A stretch of DNA of 64,000 nt from a virus (IMGVR_UViG_3300012173_000004:39044-103043), one strand, 5' to 3'; positions 20,141 through 30,889 are shown, counted from the stretch's first letter. A program made the numbers and translations. The notes: generated by a model from the sequence alone, not told the origin.

Positions 20141-20365
20141 AGAAACGTAAAGTAGTACTCAAGGCTTGGGCCGATATTGGATCGCATGGACATATCTTTA
20201 CATTCATCGGTGGTCCAACTGGAATTCGTTACCCTGGCCTACTGCAGATTTATAAAGATCGTCTTACACCAAATCTCAAGCCTATAACGATCACTTATGA
20301 GCTTGATAGGAAAAATGAAAATTAGCTAGTTTTTGCCGCCAGAGCTGTATTAGTAAGGGGGTTCG

Positions 20366-21229
20366 ATGAAGACGACAGTAATTTATCATGGTAATTGTTA
20401 TGATGGCTTCGGCGCTGCTTGGGCTGCCAATAAAAAGTTCTTTGGCGAAGGTCAAAAGGTCGAATACATTCCAGGTTTATACGGCATGGAATTTCCTTTC
20501 GAAGCGTGGGAAGGCAATCTCTACATTCTCGACTTTTCATTTCCAAAACAGATCATAGGGTCGCGTCAGTTAGTCGACGATTACGTACTGAATATTGGGG
20601 AATTTAAGGTCATCGATCATCACAAGACGGCAGAGGCGGATCTACGCGATTACCCTGGTTGTACAATCTTTAACATGGCCAAATCAGGGGCGGTACTAGC
20701 ATGGGAATTCTTTCATCCTGGTAAACCAGTACCCATTCTCTTACAGTACGTTCAAGATCGTGATCTTTGGAAGTTTGAGATGCCTTTTAGCCGAGAGATT
20801 GACTGCTACATTAAATCGCTGCCTTTCGACTTCAGGGCGTGGGATGAAGCTGAGATCATGTTTCAGCACCATATCAACCAAATTATCACTGAAAGTAAAG
20901 GCGCTTATAGGTACCAAAGAGCGATGGTCGACGTTATGTGTAATAACTACGTCGTGCGTAATATTGCTGGTTATCCTGTACCTATTACGAATGCAACAGT
21001 GTTCTTTAGTGAAGTAGGCGAAGAACTCTGTAAACGTTTTCCAGATGCTAATTTCGCCGCCTACTATCTGGATCGTAAAGATGGCAGGCGTCAGTTTGGT
21101 CTACGATCTCGCAATGGTTTCGACGTTTCTGAAGTCGCAAAAAAATTTGGAGGTGGAGGCCATCAAGCATCAGCTGGATTTGTAATAGATCTCGCTGCCT
21201 TAGAGGCCCCATGGAATACCAATGCCTAG
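20366..21229 (+). CDS. DHH/DHHA1 phosphoesterase
   Basis: YHGNCYDG, LDFS, IDHH, DRDLW, GGGGH..AGF. Confidence 0.9.
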   Translation: MKTTVIYHGNCYDGFGAAWAANKKFFGEGQKVEYIPGLYGMEFPFEAWEGNLYILDFSFPKQIIGSRQLVDDYVLNIGEFKVIDHHKTAEADLRDYPGCTIFNMAKSGAVLAWEFFHPGKPVPILLQYVQDRDLWKFEMPFSREIDCYIKSLPFDFRAWDEAEIMFQHHINQIITESKGAYRYQRAMVDVMCNNYVVRNIAGYPVPITNATVFFSEVGEELCKRFPDANFAAYYLDRKDGRRQFGLRSRNGFDVSEVAKKFGGGGHQASAGFVIDLAALEAPWNTNA

Positions 21230-22727
21230 ATATGTACAGCCTGAAGACGTCATGCACCAAATGAACGAAGAACATCTTCGTTCAGCGGTTTATCATTTAG
21301 AAGCTTATGTGGCGTCGAGACAATGGAATGCTTCAGACTCTCAAGTAATCAATACAGAGATCATTCCTATTATAGGTACTCTAAAAGAAATGTTATCCTA
21401 ATACCAACACTCATATATGTTGAGGGTGATGAGATGACAGTACCACCTATCTTTAAAATCGAATCCTTGCCTGAATCTCCTAATGAATTGGATTTCGTCG
21501 ATCCTGATATTGCCGAAATTTTTCGTGGCAAAGGAAACTACTTCAATGGTCATCCTACGATTATGCAACTAGTAAAGGAACTACGCCTCCTTAGGACGTC
21601 AGTAGAAATTCTAGAAAGGAAACTTGTTCCATGAACAAACCGACACGATCTTTTCTAAACTTGACATGGGTAGGGTGGCTCAATTTTATCATCCTCCAAT
21701 GGTTTTTGATACGTTTAGCTTATGGAGACAAGTGGAGATTGATATTTTGGGTTCCACCTTTGTGCGGATGGTTGCCAGGTGATAGTCCTCTTTATAACAA
21801 CGCAGTGAAGCACTTCAGGTGGCCACGCTAATTAAAGACGAATTTAAAATCACACGAAAGCTGTGGGGAAAGGTTAAGATGGTATGAAAAAACCTGCAAT
21901 TAACTGGAAGGATATTGCCCTACGTTTAGCAAGATCTATCATTCGACATGATAATGACCCATATGCAAGTAATCCATCAGAAAGATCTGTCCGACTAGCT
22001 CGTCGAGTAATCGCAGATAACCTAATTCACACTACTAAGTCTAAGTAGCACGTCAGTGACTACACAACAAGTTTTAAACTTTTGCAAACGTAATCAATTA
22101 AGGGCAGTTGTAATAGTTTGGTATTCACCAGATTATGACTGGCGCATGTTTCGAATTGAGCGTGTACTAAAAGATAAAGTAGCACTTACAGGTATGACTA
22201 ATACTAGTGAAAGTATACACGATGGTAGTTTTTTCTGGTGCAAGTTTAGTGATATAAAAAGTATTAAGCTTAGGCGCTGATAACTATGCCTCCAAACGTT
22301 AACCTTCCATGGATATTGGTAGATGGTGGCCACTTCCAATGTGTACTAGTTGTCGATGCAGATGAAATAATTGTTGATAGTGGTAATATGCTCCATAGTT
22401 GGGTCAACTCTAGACTCGACGACTTCCTCGACTATTGTGAACGTCTAGAATTCAACACGAGATTACTATCTCCTAATGAAAAGGTTAACCTGACACCCAT
22501 GTCAATGTTTGAATGGGAGGCTACCTTGTTAAGGATGGGATTAACATATCAGTTAGTTAATAATAGACTAACCCTGCTACCAAAGAGATAGGTACTAGTT
22601 ACCACCCAACTTCTTCCAACAAATTACTATCAGTAAGTCGTATTCTAATTCGTCTTCAACGACGATTTTACACAGTTCTATGCCAAATGAAATCAAATGA
22701 TAACGTATTCCTAACTATAGCTAGTGA

Positions 22728-22871
22728 TTGATATGTCAATGAGGTAATAGGATTCGGTGGTATAAGGGATGAATAAGGGATCTGTTAAGCAAATGATTTC
22801 AGGATTAATATGTCAAGGAGGTTATGTAGTTGTAGATGGAATAGAGCTTAGATTAATGTTGATATGTCAAT
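22728..22871. repeat. three pseudo-palindromic TT(G/A)ATATGTCAA boxes in non-coding DNA
   Basis: Copies at 22728, 22805 and 22859. Confidence 0.65.
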
Positions 22872-23243
22872 AGGGGTGAGGGTATGAGGCTTATTATGGT
22901 GATGTGCTTGTGATAATTGATGCGCCTATATGAATCGACAATTCGCACTGGACGTCTCACATTATAATAACTACATGAACACAACAAACACACAACTAAT
23001 GGGGGTAGTAATTAGCGTCTAAACATCTGACGTTATAGTCTACACATCAAAAACAGCCCTAATAGGCAAAGTGTAGATCAGGTAAGTCCAAATCACTACG
23101 GTTAGACGACCGAAACTGTCCTTGGATTTCAATCCACGCCAAAGCGTTGGTAGCGGCGTATGAGGGATATATAGAGTTCAATGTCCCGAAATTTGAGCAG
23201 CGTGATATGGAGCCAAAAATTTCCAACTATTAAAGGAGTCGTC

Positions 23244-23327
23244 ATGAAAAGGTTGCTTTGGGATTTGTGGTCAGTGATCAGTAATTTGTACGTTCTCATA
23301 TTGGTAGTTAAATCCGTCAGTAAGTAA
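23244..23327 (+). CDS. 27-aa hydrophobic peptide
   Basis: AAAGGAG SD; MKRLLWDLWSVISNLYVLILVVKSVSK; first ORF after the motif at 23210. Confidence 0.4.
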   Translation: MKRLLWDLWSVISNLYVLILVVKSVSK

Positions 23328-23359
23328 CATTAACCCTTAGCCAATAAAAAGGAGTTGCT

Positions 23360-23737
23360 ATGAACTTTACCAATGTTGCTAATTTAACCGTCAAATTGTC
23401 GACTTCTACTGCGGGTGTTAGCGATTTCATCAAATCGGAGTTACGTTCCATTCCGGAAGGACAGGCACTCGCGATGGTTGACCTCGTTCGTGCGGTACAG
23501 TCAAATTGCCCAACCGTACCTAACAAACATCAAGCTTATACGCGCATCAATAATGTGTTGTCGCGCGAGTTTGGTAAGGCTTTCATCAAGTTGGTTGGCG
23601 ACGATGGTTATACCTACATCGCGCATAAGGTCGAAGAGGTCGAAATTCCGACCATCAGTGACGAGGATTCCAACTTGGAGGAAGACACCACAGGAATCGA
23701 TAAGTTGATCGAGGATCTTAACAAGGCAGTTGACTAA
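23360..23737 (+). CDS. wHTH-like protein, paralog 1 of 3 (acidic tail)
   Basis: GVSDFIKSELRSIPEGQALAM..QAYTRINNVL..GYTYI; AAGGAG SD. Confidence 0.7.
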   Translation: MNFTNVANLTVKLSTSTAGVSDFIKSELRSIPEGQALAMVDLVRAVQSNCPTVPNKHQAYTRINNVLSREFGKAFIKLVGDDGYTYIAHKVEEVEIPTISDEDSNLEEDTTGIDKLIEDLNKAVD

Positions 23738-23775
23738 TGGAGGCAATAATCCACTTCCTCCTATTGTGGCTGGTA

Positions 23776-23807
23776 GTGTACGCCTTGCTTCGGCTTGGCG
23801 TACACTT
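23776..23807 (+). terminator. hairpin, probable terminator
   Basis: GTGTACGCC/GGCGTACAC stem with inner GC-TTCG-GC. Confidence 0.55.
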
Positions 23808-23854
23808 AGCTAGTCAAACAAAAACATACGCAACGAAATGGATGCGGAGGTATC

Positions 23855-24283
23855 ATGAAGTACAGTCCAGTTGGATCCCTGAACCGCGCTGACGCCAACT
23901 ACCGTCAACGGGGTGGCCGATGGAAAAACACAAGCCACCTAACAGGTAGGCGTATGTGGATGAAAGACAGTGTCAAGAGGAACTCTGTGACAGGCTTCGA
24001 TCCAGAGGAGCTGACAGTATTGGAACAAGCTGTGTACGAAGGTATCGCACCACAGATGAGCAGCTTTGCCTTACTGGAAGAAGCATGTATCCTGTACGCG
24101 CCCGAAATGGAAGGCGACATGGATCCACGTCACGAACTAGGCGAATGGTTCCGTCCGAAAGCAAAGGGTCGCTTCGGTAACCCTAACCACGGACAAGCCA
24201 TCTATACGGTAGGGCTTAAGAAGTACCACGGGGATGGGTGCAGCTGCTACGAATGTATAGGCGAAACAAGAAATACTGACTAA
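23855..24283 (+). CDS. hypothetical protein with C-terminal H..C.C..C
   Basis: GGAGG SD, ORF track. Confidence 0.6.
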   Translation: MKYSPVGSLNRADANYRQRGGRWKNTSHLTGRRMWMKDSVKRNSVTGFDPEELTVLEQAVYEGIAPQMSSFALLEEACILYAPEMEGDMDPRHELGEWFRPKAKGRFGNPNHGQAIYTVGLKKYHGDGCSCYECIGETRNTD

Positions 24284-25197
24284 TCAACCAAAGGCACCAG
24301 TCACGCTGCTCCACAGGACCTAAAGGATAAGGGCACACCGTCCCACATAACGGCCAGGGCGTATACGGGCCAATCCCTAGGCGCTAGACACACGATCGCG
24401 CGGCTTACTGGCCCGACCCTCTAGGACTCATGACCCTAGTATATTAACTTGTATCCATATATACCTCCCTTCAATTATAAGACGATTTGTGGCTCTAACG
24501 TTTCAGCGTCGAGAATATGATGAGCCACAAATTAACGTAGTTATGTAAGAATAGAAAGAGAGGTTTTATGTCAATGATCAATGGCGTTGAGGTTAATGAT
24601 GTCACGGTCGACGACTTTATCGATACACGAGACTCAAGGACATTGTGGTTCTGGCCTAATGGTTATGGCGTTGCACCTGCATTTGAATTGAATAGAGAGC
24701 AAGTCGAAGACATGTACAAGTCACTATGGGCTTGTGAGACGATGAGTCAGGATTCCGACGATGTGGAGATCAAAGTAACACTGAAACGTCAGAGCAACTA
24801 AATTACTATAAGTAATAATAGTTCAACAATAACGTCTACACACATAGGAGAAGATAGATATGTCATTAGTCCCGCCTACACTAGTACGTAAGTGGATAGC
24901 TGATAACGATAAGGCATTAGAGGATATGTTAGTCGTTATTAACGTAGATGGTAAGCACCTATCAAAGGATGATCTAGTTGTACATATGCTAGAGAATGCC
25001 TTTGAGGTCTTTAGTTCTATGTACGAGGTAGAGTTAGCTGCTCTAGCTGAGAGAGAAGCTCAAGCAAAGCATGGGTGACCCGCTAATGGGGACCCGCCCC
25101 CGGGCAATTTTAATTTGCGGCGCCGATATAAGCGCGTCCGGTACACAAATTCCGCCCATACATGACCATTTTATCCCTATTACCTAGAGGAGGTGCT

Positions 25198-25401
25198 ATG
25201 TACGTTAGACCTAACTTCAAAACCAAAAAGGCATTGAAAGAAGCTATCGCCAAAGGCGACAGGATAATGATATATCAACCTGGTTTGGGTGAAGTACCAA
25301 GTAACGGTTGGTGTGATGTTGAAGGTCCTCATTATCCTGAAGCTCATACATGGTATGCCGGTGTACTTATGGTGAATGGCATAGCCACAAAAGTAAAATA
25401 G
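25198..25401 (+). CDS. conserved-looking phage hypothetical protein
   Basis: GAGGAGG SD; MYVRPNFKTKKALKEA..VEGPHYP.AH.WYA. Confidence 0.65.
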   Translation: MYVRPNFKTKKALKEAIAKGDRIMIYQPGLGEVPSNGWCDVEGPHYPEAHTWYAGVLMVNGIATKVK

Positions 25402-25798
25402 TGACTAGGGGCCATACATGGTCATGATATGTCATGATGTAGAGCCACAAATTCGCGAATTTAAAATGAAACAAGACATAGATCATGATCAAGTGTTGGC
25501 GATCTGGCGTGACTGGGGCAAACATCATGTGCGAGAAGATAGGCTCGAGTATGATATAGGCATGATCTTCGGTAGCAATCCAGGTATATCATGGACAGCA
25601 GCGACCTATCTATATCATCGCCTAAGGGAATGGCAGAGGACAGGTAGATAACTACTGGTTAGGCATGACTATGGAATGGCGGAAATATGAAAAGACTAAG
25701 TTCGATTGCTGAAATGGTGGAGTACTTGGCAGGTTGGGGTAATCTGTCTGAGCCAGATTACGATCCGGCGAGTTACTGGTCAAATATCATTGATAAGA

Positions 25799-25861
25799 TA
25801 GGTAGGGACTTAGGTAGGGACTTAGGTAGGGACTTAGGTAGGGACTTAGGTAGGGACTTAG
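25799..25861 (+). repeat. 12-bp tandem repeat (TAGGTAGGGACT) x5
   Basis: Exact tandem copies; encode (GRDL)n in ORF 25687-25893. Confidence 0.95.
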
Positions 25862-26602
25862 CGTTTGATGACACGTCAACTTATCTCATGTAGGGAGGTT
25901 ACTGTGAGTAATAATTACTTTGAAGATCAGAATGATCCAACACCTATTAAGTGGCCGAAAGAAACTTGGTTTCAGAAGCGTCGTAGATTCTTGTCTCTTC
26001 CTAAATTTGACAATGTGTTTTGTTCCCAGTGTGGCCAAGACTTTGGTCCTGGTGATCATGGTTATTCGCATTGTCAAGACCACCGAAGAGATTTTGATCA
26101 GCGTTTTCGTAGTGGCCAAGGTCTGGGTGATCGCTCGGGCCATTAATTCTTAAGATTTATATAGTGGGAGGTCCAGATGCCGGTAATGAAACAAGTGGAA
26201 AAATACATCTGGCAAGCTACTGAGTGCATTCAAGATGGTGGCGATATCTACCCTGTAGGTTTTTATTTTCAAAATGAAGCCGAAATGCTTGATGGCCCCT
26301 ATGATACGTTACAACAGGCTCAGCATGCCCTGAAACTTTATGTTGCTCACTTGTGAGAAGTAGAGCCAAAAATTTCCTTCTAAATAAGAAAGGAAACGTT
26401 TATGAAATTGCGTAATTACATGGGTATTCGTGCTCGTCGTCAAGTTGAAGGCGACTTCATTGTCTACATAGACAACCGACCTTGGTGTTTTGTAAACGAT
26501 GAAGACTTCTACAAGAAGTTCTTACCAGCTCACGATAAGCTGCAGGATCGACGCCAACGCGTAGCTCAAGGCGAAGCAGATGTAGTTCTCAACTAGGAGA
26601 TT

Positions 26603-27052
26603 ATGTTGTATACATTAACTGACGTTCGATTTTGCGCTGAAGAGTGTGAAAGACAGTCCGTGTCAGCCCTTGGCGTGCCACGAATGCTGACAGCTTTGTC
26701 ACATGCCCGGGCTTGGGATCTGTCAAATCGTCCTTTGAGCGAAAACATCATCTTTACCCTCGCGACGGTAATAGAACCTGTTAACAATTTAGGTTACCGT
26801 CAAATTCCCGTAATTATCCGTAGTAAAGAGGCGGGTATTAAATGGAGGGAAATTCCAAGACAGATGGAATTATTAGTTGAGGCAGCACATACTCTGGGGC
26901 CATCGGAATTCTTCCTTCAGTTTGAAAAGATACACCCTTTTCTAGACGGCAACGGTCGTACAGGTGTATTACTGTTGAATATGTTGCGGCGTACGTTGTA
27001 CTCTTTGCAGCGTGAACCTTTGGCAGTTTCACAGGCGCTTGAGAATTTATAG
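26603..27052 (+). CDS. Fic-domain protein
   Basis: HPFLDGNGRTG Fic motif. Confidence 0.9.
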   Translation: MLYTLTDVRFCAEECERQSVSALGVPRMLTALSHARAWDLSNRPLSENIIFTLATVIEPVNNLGYRQIPVIIRSKEAGIKWREIPRQMELLVEAAHTLGPSEFFLQFEKIHPFLDGNGRTGVLLLNMLRRTLYSLQREPLAVSQALENL

Positions 27053-27646
27053 GAGAGTTTATGCCACTTGGAACTATTGATAAGCACGGCAACATTACGA
27101 TTACAGGTAATCGCTTTACCGGTGACGCTATAGTGGTGCAAAACGGTGATAAGCTGGAACAGCTTCTACCCTGTGACGAGTGTGGTTCCATTCAACAGGT
27201 TGGCATGGAAATTGCCGTGATGCTTTGTGATCCATGTTGGAAAAAACAGATGTTGGAGGATTAATGAGAACACGTAAAAAGATCTATTTGAAGGCAGCAG
27301 AGTTGATTGCTAGCCATCGACAAGATTTTTCATGCTGTGCCATTGACCAAGCTGTTTGTGATCTTAAGGGTGGAACTCTTGAAACCTATACCACAGAACG
27401 TACTCTTTACGCTCACACCATGTCACCTGATCCTGGCGGCCTAGAATACGGCACGGATCGTTCTCGCGTTTTACGTGGTGGTGACATTGCACAAGCTGTT
27501 TGTGATATCAAATACACTCAATTCCAGGATAATTTTCGGGATTTTCGTGTGTGGCTTCTCCTGATGATGGCAACTGTTGAGGCTGATCTTGATGAGCCAC
27601 TAAAAAACGATTAATAAATGAATGAATTGAGAGGAGGTGAACAAAC

Positions 27647-27796
27647 ATGGGTGCAATCCTAGCGAAAATGGGCGCGCGTTATTTGATGGTTCTTGGTGCT
27701 TTTGCCATTATTGACACTGCGACGTCCGGTTACCAGTTTTCCAAACGCACGATCGAGTGGTACAAGAACCGCAAGGCTCAGAAGGTCGTTGCGTAA
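27647..27796 (+). CDS. 49-aa membrane peptide not in ORF track
   Basis: GAGAGGAGGTGA SD; MGAILAKMGARYLMVLGAFAIIDTA..basic tail. Confidence 0.6.
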   Translation: MGAILAKMGARYLMVLGAFAIIDTATSGYQFSKRTIEWYKNRKAQKVVA

Positions 27797-27853
27797 GGAA
27801 CTGTTGAGACTCAAATTTACGTTAAGTAAAGTTTAAGGAAAGGAGGAATACAT

Positions 27854-28159
27854 ATGTTTACTGAAATTACAAAGGAGATGACGATCAAAGCTCCACGCAA
27901 TGCTGATACTAAGGGTGTCAGCAAGTTCATTAAAGAACAATTGAAAGCGATCCCGGAAGGCCAGGGCTTGGCAATGACTGATTTGGCAAAAGAGATCAAT
28001 TCGCACTTCGGCATCAGCAAGCAACAGGCTTATGTCCGCGTCAACAATGTTCTTCGCGGCAAGATCGGTGAGACGTTTCAACGTCTTGAGAAATCGGGAT
28101 ATACTTATTTGACTCCGAAGTCGACACAGTCGGAGTTCTCAGTTGAAGGCGATGCGTAG
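27854..28159 (+). CDS. wHTH-like protein, paralog 2 of 3
   Basis: GVSKFIKEQLKAIPEGQGLAM..QAYVRVNNVL..GYTYL; AGGAGG SD. Confidence 0.7.
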   Translation: MFTEITKEMTIKAPRNADTKGVSKFIKEQLKAIPEGQGLAMTDLAKEINSHFGISKQQAYVRVNNVLRGKIGETFQRLEKSGYTYLTPKSTQSEFSVEGDA

Positions 28160-28284
28160 TGGTGTCGGGGATCGCTGGCGATGTAATGAAGCCAGTCCCC
28201 GCAAAGAACGGGGGGGTCTTTCAATCGGCTTTGGCCGAGGCCCTCACTTCTTTCTCTTTTAGAGCCACTAATTTTAGTATTAAT

Positions 28285-28749
28285 ATGAATACACTCAAAG
28301 TCATTTCGAGCTTTAGTGGCGACTATCATTGGCTTTCGAACTTCGAGCTTGTATCTGGTGGCATACCTCTTGATGGCTTAATGTTTCCTACTACCGAGCA
28401 TGCCTATCAGGCCGCAAAAACTGTTCACATCCACGAGCGCCAGGCTGTGTTACATTGTCGCACACCAGGCCAAGCGAAACGCCAAGGTAAGTTGTTGACT
28501 CTTCGTTCTGATTGGGAAGAGATTAAGTACAGCTTGATGTACATGCTTTGTTCTTATAAGTTCCATCGTGTACCCTTCCGTCAGCTGCTTCTTGATACTT
28601 ATCCCATTACTCTTGTTGAAGGTAACACTTGGGGTGACACATATTGGGGTGTTTATAATGGAGTGGGGCAAAACGTTTTAGGGCGACTTTTGATGCATAT
28701 TCGAAACGAGTTGATTGCAGAGGCAAAAAATCATGGAAGAAATCCTTGA
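28285..28749 (+). CDS. NADAR (YbiA/DUF1768) family protein
   Basis: WLSNF, FPTTEHAYQAAK, RSDWE, LVEGNTWGDTYWG, G.N.LG.LLM.IR. Confidence 0.92.
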   Translation: MNTLKVISSFSGDYHWLSNFELVSGGIPLDGLMFPTTEHAYQAAKTVHIHERQAVLHCRTPGQAKRQGKLLTLRSDWEEIKYSLMYMLCSYKFHRVPFRQLLLDTYPITLVEGNTWGDTYWGVYNGVGQNVLGRLLMHIRNELIAEAKNHGRNP

Positions 28750-28915
28750 AGCCATCGCACGAAAACATTTAGGAATTCCCACCCTAAAACCCAGGGGAAG
28801 GGATTGTTTAGATTTCCACGAAATGTCAGTCTGGCGTCTGAAGGACGCCCTGCAGAACGCCTATGACTTGGGCAAGCTGGTAGGCTCAGAGTCAAGGGAG
28901 ACAAGCCATGGATGA
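28732..28915 (+). CDS. DUF6900-like small phage protein
   Basis: IARKHLGI.TL..RGRD.LDFHE.SVW.LK.AL..AY..G. Confidence 0.55.
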
Positions 28916-29261
28916 AGTGCAAAAATTAGAAATGTATTGCACAGTCTGTAACTGTGTGCATGTGCACAAATTTGTCATGGACTTTGGCGAACATGAAGTT
29001 TGGCAATGCGACGCTTGTGATCTGCGTGAACCCCGTAAGAAGGGCGAAGTTCAACTTCAAAAACAAGAGCCTGTTGCACCAGCACCTATTATAACTAAGA
29101 AGGTGCCATCTTCCTCAGATCCAGATGTGGAATACACGCTCACCAAAGATAGTTCCGGGTGGCGTTGTGACTGCCAAGGCTTCAAGTATCGGCAGAATTG
29201 TCGCCATGTTAAAGAACAAGTGAAAGGGGAACGCAATGGCAGCAAAGATCAAAACGCTTAA
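28908..29261 (+). CDS. zinc ribbon plus SWIM zinc-finger protein
   Basis: CTVC..CDAC and W.CDC.GF.YR..CRHV. Confidence 0.75.
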   Translation: MDEVQKLEMYCTVCNCVHVHKFVMDFGEHEVWQCDACDLREPRKKGEVQLQKQEPVAPAPIITKKVPSSSDPDVEYTLTKDSSGWRCDCQGFKYRQNCRHVKEQVKGERNGSKDQNA

Positions 29262-30364
29262 TGTGTGGATCGAACTTTGTTATGATAATGAGGCAGATGA
29301 AGTGCCTGAAGAAATTCTCGTTACTGTTAACGGCCGAAAACAAAAGTGGGATGATTGTGGTTCAACACTTATGAGTGATGAAGAATTCATCACTCTTTTT
29401 CCCCAGGACGATCCAATTGAAGCGGGCTGGTATCTTCAATTGTTAAAAGGAACACTGTGAAAAATACAACTTCATTTATTAAAAGGGACACCCTGAAACG
29501 AATAACTAGTCGTCAAGAATTTTGTGTTCTGGCTAACGAGTTGGGTGTCAGAGATGACTGGCATGAACCGGATGAGCAAGAAGTTACAGTTGAGGTTAGA
29601 GGCAGTAATTTCGACAATGCTGGTTTTTGGCCTGAGAAACATGCCGTCAAAAATAATGACGGTGATGTCGAATTTATGGAACTGTGTGTCTTCTTTAAGA
29701 AAGGTGAGCAACGCGTAGCTGTTGTAAACTTAGCAATGCTATGTGCCTGGGCTGCAGGTTTGGAGGATTAATATGCCACGACGAATTACGTCTCAGGATT
29801 TAGGCATCCTAGAGGTCATTAGTCTTACTGGTGACGTTGATTTCAAGCAGCTGGCAGCAGCTAATCTAGTGTATGCGGCATCTTATTGGAATCAATCTGC
29901 TTTCATTCTTAAATCTAGGCACGCCCAGGTTCAAGATGAGTGGATTTCGAGGGAGCAGCTGCAACGTCTAAAGCAGGAAGAGCTTGATCTCTATTATAGA
30001 GCCCAAGTTATTAAAGCGACTCCAAATCAGTCTTCTGAAAAGGGTATTCCTGAGCATCAGGACTTGGAAGACCTATGGCGTGGATCCTTCTTACAAGGTT
30101 TCATTCATGATTATCTTAAGCCTGAGTTTCAAACAGACATGGACACAGCCCGCCACTTTGGTTTCGCAATGCGTCAGGCACTGCATAAAGTAAAAGCGCA
30201 CACTGAGAATCGTTAGAGCCAAAAATTTTCGAAGTTTGAAAGGTTTTTATGGAAAATCTGATTACCTTGATGGTATCAAAACTAGATCTTGCGGATTATA
30301 TTTTGATTGCCATGTTGACCATCGTTGCTGTGTCTTATTGGCCACGAAAGAGAAGGAAGTTTTA

Positions 30365-30889
30365 ATGTCAAAGCGTGTACCTTTTGTGCATCTCTCACCT
30401 GAGAACCAAAAGAAGAGAGCATTGCTCGTTCTTGAAGAGATGATGGACATTATCAATTGTGCTAACGCCAAGACTTCACGTGATAACACTGCTGGGCGTC
30501 TAATTGCACATGCCTTTAGAGATGTTCTTACTTCCCTGCGGGGTCCAGACAACACTAATTACACGTTGAAGAGTTGTACCACTGCATTTGTGCGTGGTTG
30601 GCTTGGCGTGAAACACACAAGCGGTTTGGATGTTCGTGAACCTATCTTTGTAAGGAAAGATAATCCTGATAGGGCAGCGCTGTTGGCCTTTCACAATGAT
30701 ATTGCACGTGGCCTACCCTATGCGGATGCCTGGGATTTTAAGATGGTGGGGGCATCACACCGTATTCGTGAAGATCTTCCCAACAAAGAGAAATATTCGC
30801 ATGCGCTAATCAGTGCGCAGGCACATTTTAGGGTGCATATTGCAAGAGCCCTTGGGGGTTTAAAGGTGCTGGGGTTGCTGCCCGAGTAG
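30365..30889 (+). CDS. hypothetical protein
   Basis: ORF track; ATG at 30365. Confidence 0.55.
   Translation: MSKRVPFVHLSPENQKKRALLVLEEMMDIINCANAKTSRDNTAGRLIAHAFRDVLTSLRGPDNTNYTLKSCTTAFVRGWLGVKHTSGLDVREPIFVRKDNPDRAALLAFHNDIARGLPYADAWDFKMVGASHRIREDLPNKEKYSHALISAQAHFRVHIARALGGLKVLGLLPE

Noticed and set aside
22734-22870. Minus-strand TTGACA -35 boxes
   Set aside because: The copy checked (22739-22734) has no -10 at 16-18 bp spacing; the palindromic context fits binding sites better.
25799-25861. CRISPR array or telomere
   Set aside because: No spacers; it is an internal, in-frame 12-bp tandem repeat.
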